From an uncultured virus (IMG/VR IMGVR_UViG_3300003375_000022) (taxonomy: Duplodnaviria > Heunggongvirae > Uroviricota > Caudoviricetes): a stretch of DNA of 20,000 nucleotides. Made by a program: the position numbers and the translations under genes. This document shows, piece by piece, positions 17,158 through 20,000 of this stretch. The stretch lies in the IMG/VR virus record IMGVR_UViG_3300003375_000022; one strand, given 5' to 3'. The notes below the pieces were generated by a model. The model did not search any database. It worked only from the letters and a program-made list of their open reading frames with translations, and was not told where the DNA came from. Position 1 is the first letter of the stretch. The number at the start of each line of letters is the position of its first letter.

Positions 17158-17823
17158 TTATGCTAAATTTTGGTGCGCAAATACTGGTCGTTTACATTTT
17201 TCACATACGTTTGTGAATTTAGGCTGATCTCCATAGCCGATATGTTGACACGAACCACATTCGTATTTGAAGTTTTTTATTGCTGGCGCTAAAACTGCGG
17301 TTTCTAATTTTATTCTTAATTCATGTCCAGCCAGTTTTTTTGTAACTGCTTTCCATAAAGCGCCGTGTCCATCTGTTTCTTTATGCTGGTCATCTAATCT
17401 ATGTAAATGACCTATGTGTTTTTTATCGAAATGGAATATTTCAAAAATAATTGCGTGTGATATTTCGTGCAAAATTACGTCGCGCATATTTTGTTTCCAA
17501 TTCAAATCATGCTTAGTATATTGTATAGAAACGTAAATATTTTTACCATGTTTTGATTTTCCAATCATTCCTGATGCAGCAGAACATAAACCAGCCCATT
17601 CTTTAGAACTACCGAATTGGAATTTCCAACCGCGTTCTTGTAAATTCATTTCCTTGTAGTCGGCAATATACTTTTTAAGTTTTGGGATAGTTTTAATCTT
17701 AGATAGGTAGTCTATATTTATAAGACTTGCGCCGTATGCAATTGTTTCTGCAATGATATCTGGATTAGCGTTTACTTTTCCAGCTTCTTTATATAAGTCT
17801 TCTATGAATGAGTCGAAGTTCAT
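17158..17823 (-). CDS. SprT-like zinc metalloprotease with C-terminal zinc ribbon
   Basis: WAGLC, VILHEISHAI (HExxH), HGALWK third-ligand motif, then YECGSC...CEKC. Confidence 0.85.
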   Translation of the reverse strand: MNFDSFIEDLYKEAGKVNANPDIIAETIAYGASLINIDYLSKIKTIPKLKKYIADYKEMNLQERGWKFQFGSSKEWAGLCSAASGMIGKSKHGKNIYVSIQYTKHDLNWKQNMRDVILHEISHAIIFEIFHFDKKHIGHLHRLDDQHKETDGHGALWKAVTKKLAGHELRIKLETAVLAPAIKNFKYECGSCQHIGYGDQPKFTNVCEKCKRPVFAHQNLA

Positions 17824-17829
17824 TTTATT

Positions 17830-17985
17830 TTATTTTTTTAATAAATCCTTGACTCCAACGAAATAATTTTTGCCATACGCTTCTTCTAATTGTTCTTTGG
17901 TATAGCTATAATAATCATGTACTATACATGGAGAAGATTTCATTATTTTTATTTCTTCTTCCGTGAAAACCACACAGCTCTTCAT
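17830..17985 (-). CDS. Small hypothetical protein, 51 aa (below the ORF-track cutoff)
   Basis: MKSCVVFTEEEIKIMKSSPCIVHDYYSYTKEQLEEAYGKNYFVGVKDLLKK* fills the gap between the kinase fusion and the SprT-like gene. Confidence 0.45.
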   Translation of the reverse strand: MKSCVVFTEEEIKIMKSSPCIVHDYYSYTKEQLEEAYGKNYFVGVKDLLKK

Positions 17986-18012
17986 AAGTTCTTCTATGGG
18001 CGTTTTTTGGTT

Positions 18013-19999
18013 TTACTTCTCATCTTTTACGTAAAAAACCGTGTCTATAAAATACAAAACTCCTTTTTTGGTTAAAACATTTTCGTCATGAATGTCTTGT
18101 AAATGAATTCCTAATTCGGAATTGTAATAATCAAAGTTTTCTGTATTCTCAAATCCTTTGTCTAAAAGAAAGCTACTCACTAATTGTAAATCTGCTTTTT
18201 CTGTATCTTCAATTAAAGGTTGCTTAACCACAGAGAACAGGCAACCATTTTTTTCGGTAAATCCAATTAGTTCGTAATATGTACCTGGGAAAAAGTAATT
18301 GTGCAAAATAAGACTGTTCAGGTATTTTTCCCAAGAACTATAAAACCAGCAGCTATTTGCCTTTAACGTGTGTTTTTTGTCATAAAAATAAACATCGTGT
18401 TCATTCCCCTGACCAGCAAATTTTTCTTCGTCTAATTTTTCAATCCAAATGTTTTTAGATTTAGCATACTTCTTTAATTCGCTTGCTTCTTTATTTTTGA
18501 AGTGCTGCGGTGTTTCACTCTTATTATTTGAGCCCTTAATTTTTCTAAGGTAAATGGCTGCTGATTGGATAGCTGATCCTCTTGTAACTTTGCTAACTCC
18601 TGAAATGATGTCGTTGATTTCATTTTTATTTGTTTTATTTGTTGATTTTAAAATTCCTCCGTTTGAAAATTCTTCCGCTTTATGATTTTCATCCAACCAA
18701 TTTAAAGCGTGTATATGTGCATTGCCATAGCTGTATATTTTTATTTTACCTTGCGCTTGTAATTCAATGGCAAAGTCGCTAAGTGTTTTTCTTGCCTGAC
18801 CAGAAGTAATTGTTGATTTTGGATCGTTCCAAGATTCGTAGGCTTCTATAACTTTAATTGGTATTTCTTGTTTTATAGTAGCGCCTTGTTCGTAACGACC
18901 TTCTTGAGAATCTTCTTGTTGTTTTTTATGCAGTTTATCTAATTCTAAAAAAAAGGTATTCGTATATTGTATCCCTTTGTTTTTTAGCCAAACATACACG
19001 CACAACATAGCTTCTTGTTCTGATTCTTGTTTCTTATATTTATAGTACGCAGCAAACTCTTTATCTTCTTTAGATAACCCTACAGAAGACCTTTGTCTAC
19101 TAAGTTCATCAGATATTTCCTTCTTGGTTCGTCCAAAGAAGTTTCTATCCGCCTGTTGACATACATGTTGGATTTCGTGAAGCAATGCGGCTTCTTTTGA
19201 GCATTCCGATTGGCTTTCGCCGATTTTGAATTTTTCATGTTTATTTTTTTTATAATAGTTTAGATGTAACCCTATATATATTTTACTCAACCCATAGCTG
19301 GTTCCTGATTCAATTTCAGATTCAGCGTCGTCGTCACCTTTAATTGAAACGAAATATACTAATATTTTTTTGGCTTTTGGATATTTATTAAAAAATTCTT
19401 TATGCTCTATGATTTTACTTAGAGGTAATGGCTTGCCTGTATCGCATAATGAATACGCTTTTTCTGTGGTTATTTTCCACTTATACTCAGAATCATCTAT
19501 GTTTTCTGTAAAATATTCCGCACCTACATTGCCTCCAAATAGTTTTTTTTCTACTTCTTTGGGGCAACCAATAACAGCCAGCACGCCATCTTTTAGTTTA
19601 ATGGTTTTAAATTTCTTTTTGACAAAATGCTTCGGGTCTTCTTGGCGCATTCTTATAACGGTTATTCCTTCGTCTATGCCATCCTCAAAACCGTGTTCTG
19701 TAGCCCACTTTTTAGCTTGGGCTTGCGTAAAGTTCTTCTTTTCAAAAAGCAGGGTTTGTATTTTTGTTCCTTCTGGACAGAATTTTTGGATAGTTGTGCC
19801 TTTTTCAAACTTAGGCTCTACTATCGGATTACCGCCTTCTGATTGGTTTATCTTACTTAATGTTTTCCAGTGCTTTTTAACGGCTTTTTTAGTGATAATA
19901 GCTTCACCAAGCTCAATTTCTACTGGTCTTCTGCTGTCATCTACTATAACGGCTTGAACGCCTCCGTCGACATGAAGTTTTCCTCCGATGTTTCCTCCC
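18013..19999 (-). CDS. Polyvalent protein (5' end off window): small domains, LPD23-like/zincin metallopeptidase, and C-terminal polyvalent-protein Ser/Thr/Tyr kinase
   Basis: The frame is open upstream of the track's Met 19650 to the window edge (GRNIGGKLHVDGGVQAV...). It contains LSKIIEHKEFFNKYP...LLHEIQH...Y....SEQEA (metallopeptidase) and GQGNEHDVY...LHNYFFPGTYYELIGF...VVKQP...LQDIHDENVL...FIDT (Kinase-PolyVal-like). Confidence 0.85.
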   Translation of the reverse strand, partial: GGNIGGKLHVDGGVQAVIVDDSRRPVEIELGEAIITKKAVKKHWKTLSKINQSEGGNPIVEPKFEKGTTIQKFCPEGTKIQTLLFEKKNFTQAQAKKWATEHGFEDGIDEGITVIRMRQEDPKHFVKKKFKTIKLKDGVLAVIGCPKEVEKKLFGGNVGAEYFTENIDDSEYKWKITTEKAYSLCDTGKPLPLSKIIEHKEFFNKYPKAKKILVYFVSIKGDDDAESEIESGTSYGLSKIYIGLHLNYYKKNKHEKFKIGESQSECSKEAALLHEIQHVCQQADRNFFGRTKKEISDELSRQRSSVGLSKEDKEFAAYYKYKKQESEQEAMLCVYVWLKNKGIQYTNTFFLELDKLHKKQQEDSQEGRYEQGATIKQEIPIKVIEAYESWNDPKSTITSGQARKTLSDFAIELQAQGKIKIYSYGNAHIHALNWLDENHKAEEFSNGGILKSTNKTNKNEINDIISGVSKVTRGSAIQSAAIYLRKIKGSNNKSETPQHFKNKEASELKKYAKSKNIWIEKLDEEKFAGQGNEHDVYFYDKKHTLKANSCWFYSSWEKYLNSLILHNYFFPGTYYELIGFTEKNGCLFSVVKQPLIEDTEKADLQLVSSFLLDKGFENTENFDYYNSELGIHLQDIHDENVLTKKGVLYFIDTVFYVKDEK

Positions 20000-20000
20000 A

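Noticed and set aside
203..19957. Many plus-strand ORFs in the track (e.g. 1656..2219, 5351..5587, 5885..6424, 11195..11590, 19370..19957)
   Set aside because: Antisense shadows of real minus-strand genes, with Phe/Ser/Leu-rich composition and no motifs. Only 3328..3612 is accepted.
1..20000. Alternative genetic code (stop-codon reassignment), as seen in some Bacteroidota phages
   Set aside because: Standard-code ORFs tile the window densely, with intact long genes up to 1709 aa.
1..20000. tRNA, rRNA, integrase, transposase, capsid, portal or terminase genes
   Set aside because: None recognised by eye. The viral class therefore rests on inference from the ATPase and gene content.

Overview
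AT-rich, densely packed window, almost all genes on the minus strand, that reads as part of a large virus or virus-like element with a Bacteroidota host. Host evidence: TAnnTTTG promoters, A-rich leaders without Shine-Dalgarno sequences, and a DUF3127-like OB protein. Three things stand out. (1) A complete diversity-generating retroelement (DGR) at about 3859-6480: RT 4157..5122, template repeat 5233..5310, and two tandem small target genes. Their variable repeats (5444..5521 and 5995..6072) differ from the template almost only at adenines. There is a hairpin after each target, a 12-bp inverted repeat bracketing the template, and no recognisable Avd gene. (2) A block of polyvalent-type proteins: a 963-aa modular protein, a strawberry-notch SF2 helicase, an SprT-like protease and a metallopeptidase+kinase fusion. 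Three of these four carry a short [KR]-[FY]-[EA]-x-G-[GA]-[TGN]-[IVL] motif at module boundaries, suggesting a polyprotein cleavage or virion-loading tag. (3) A truncated FtsK/HerA, A32-like P-loop ATPase at the left edge, missed by the ORF track, which suggests a tailless internal-membrane virus; a free-standing GIY-YIG endonuclease sits directly upstream. All family assignments come from motif recognition by eye; no searches were run.
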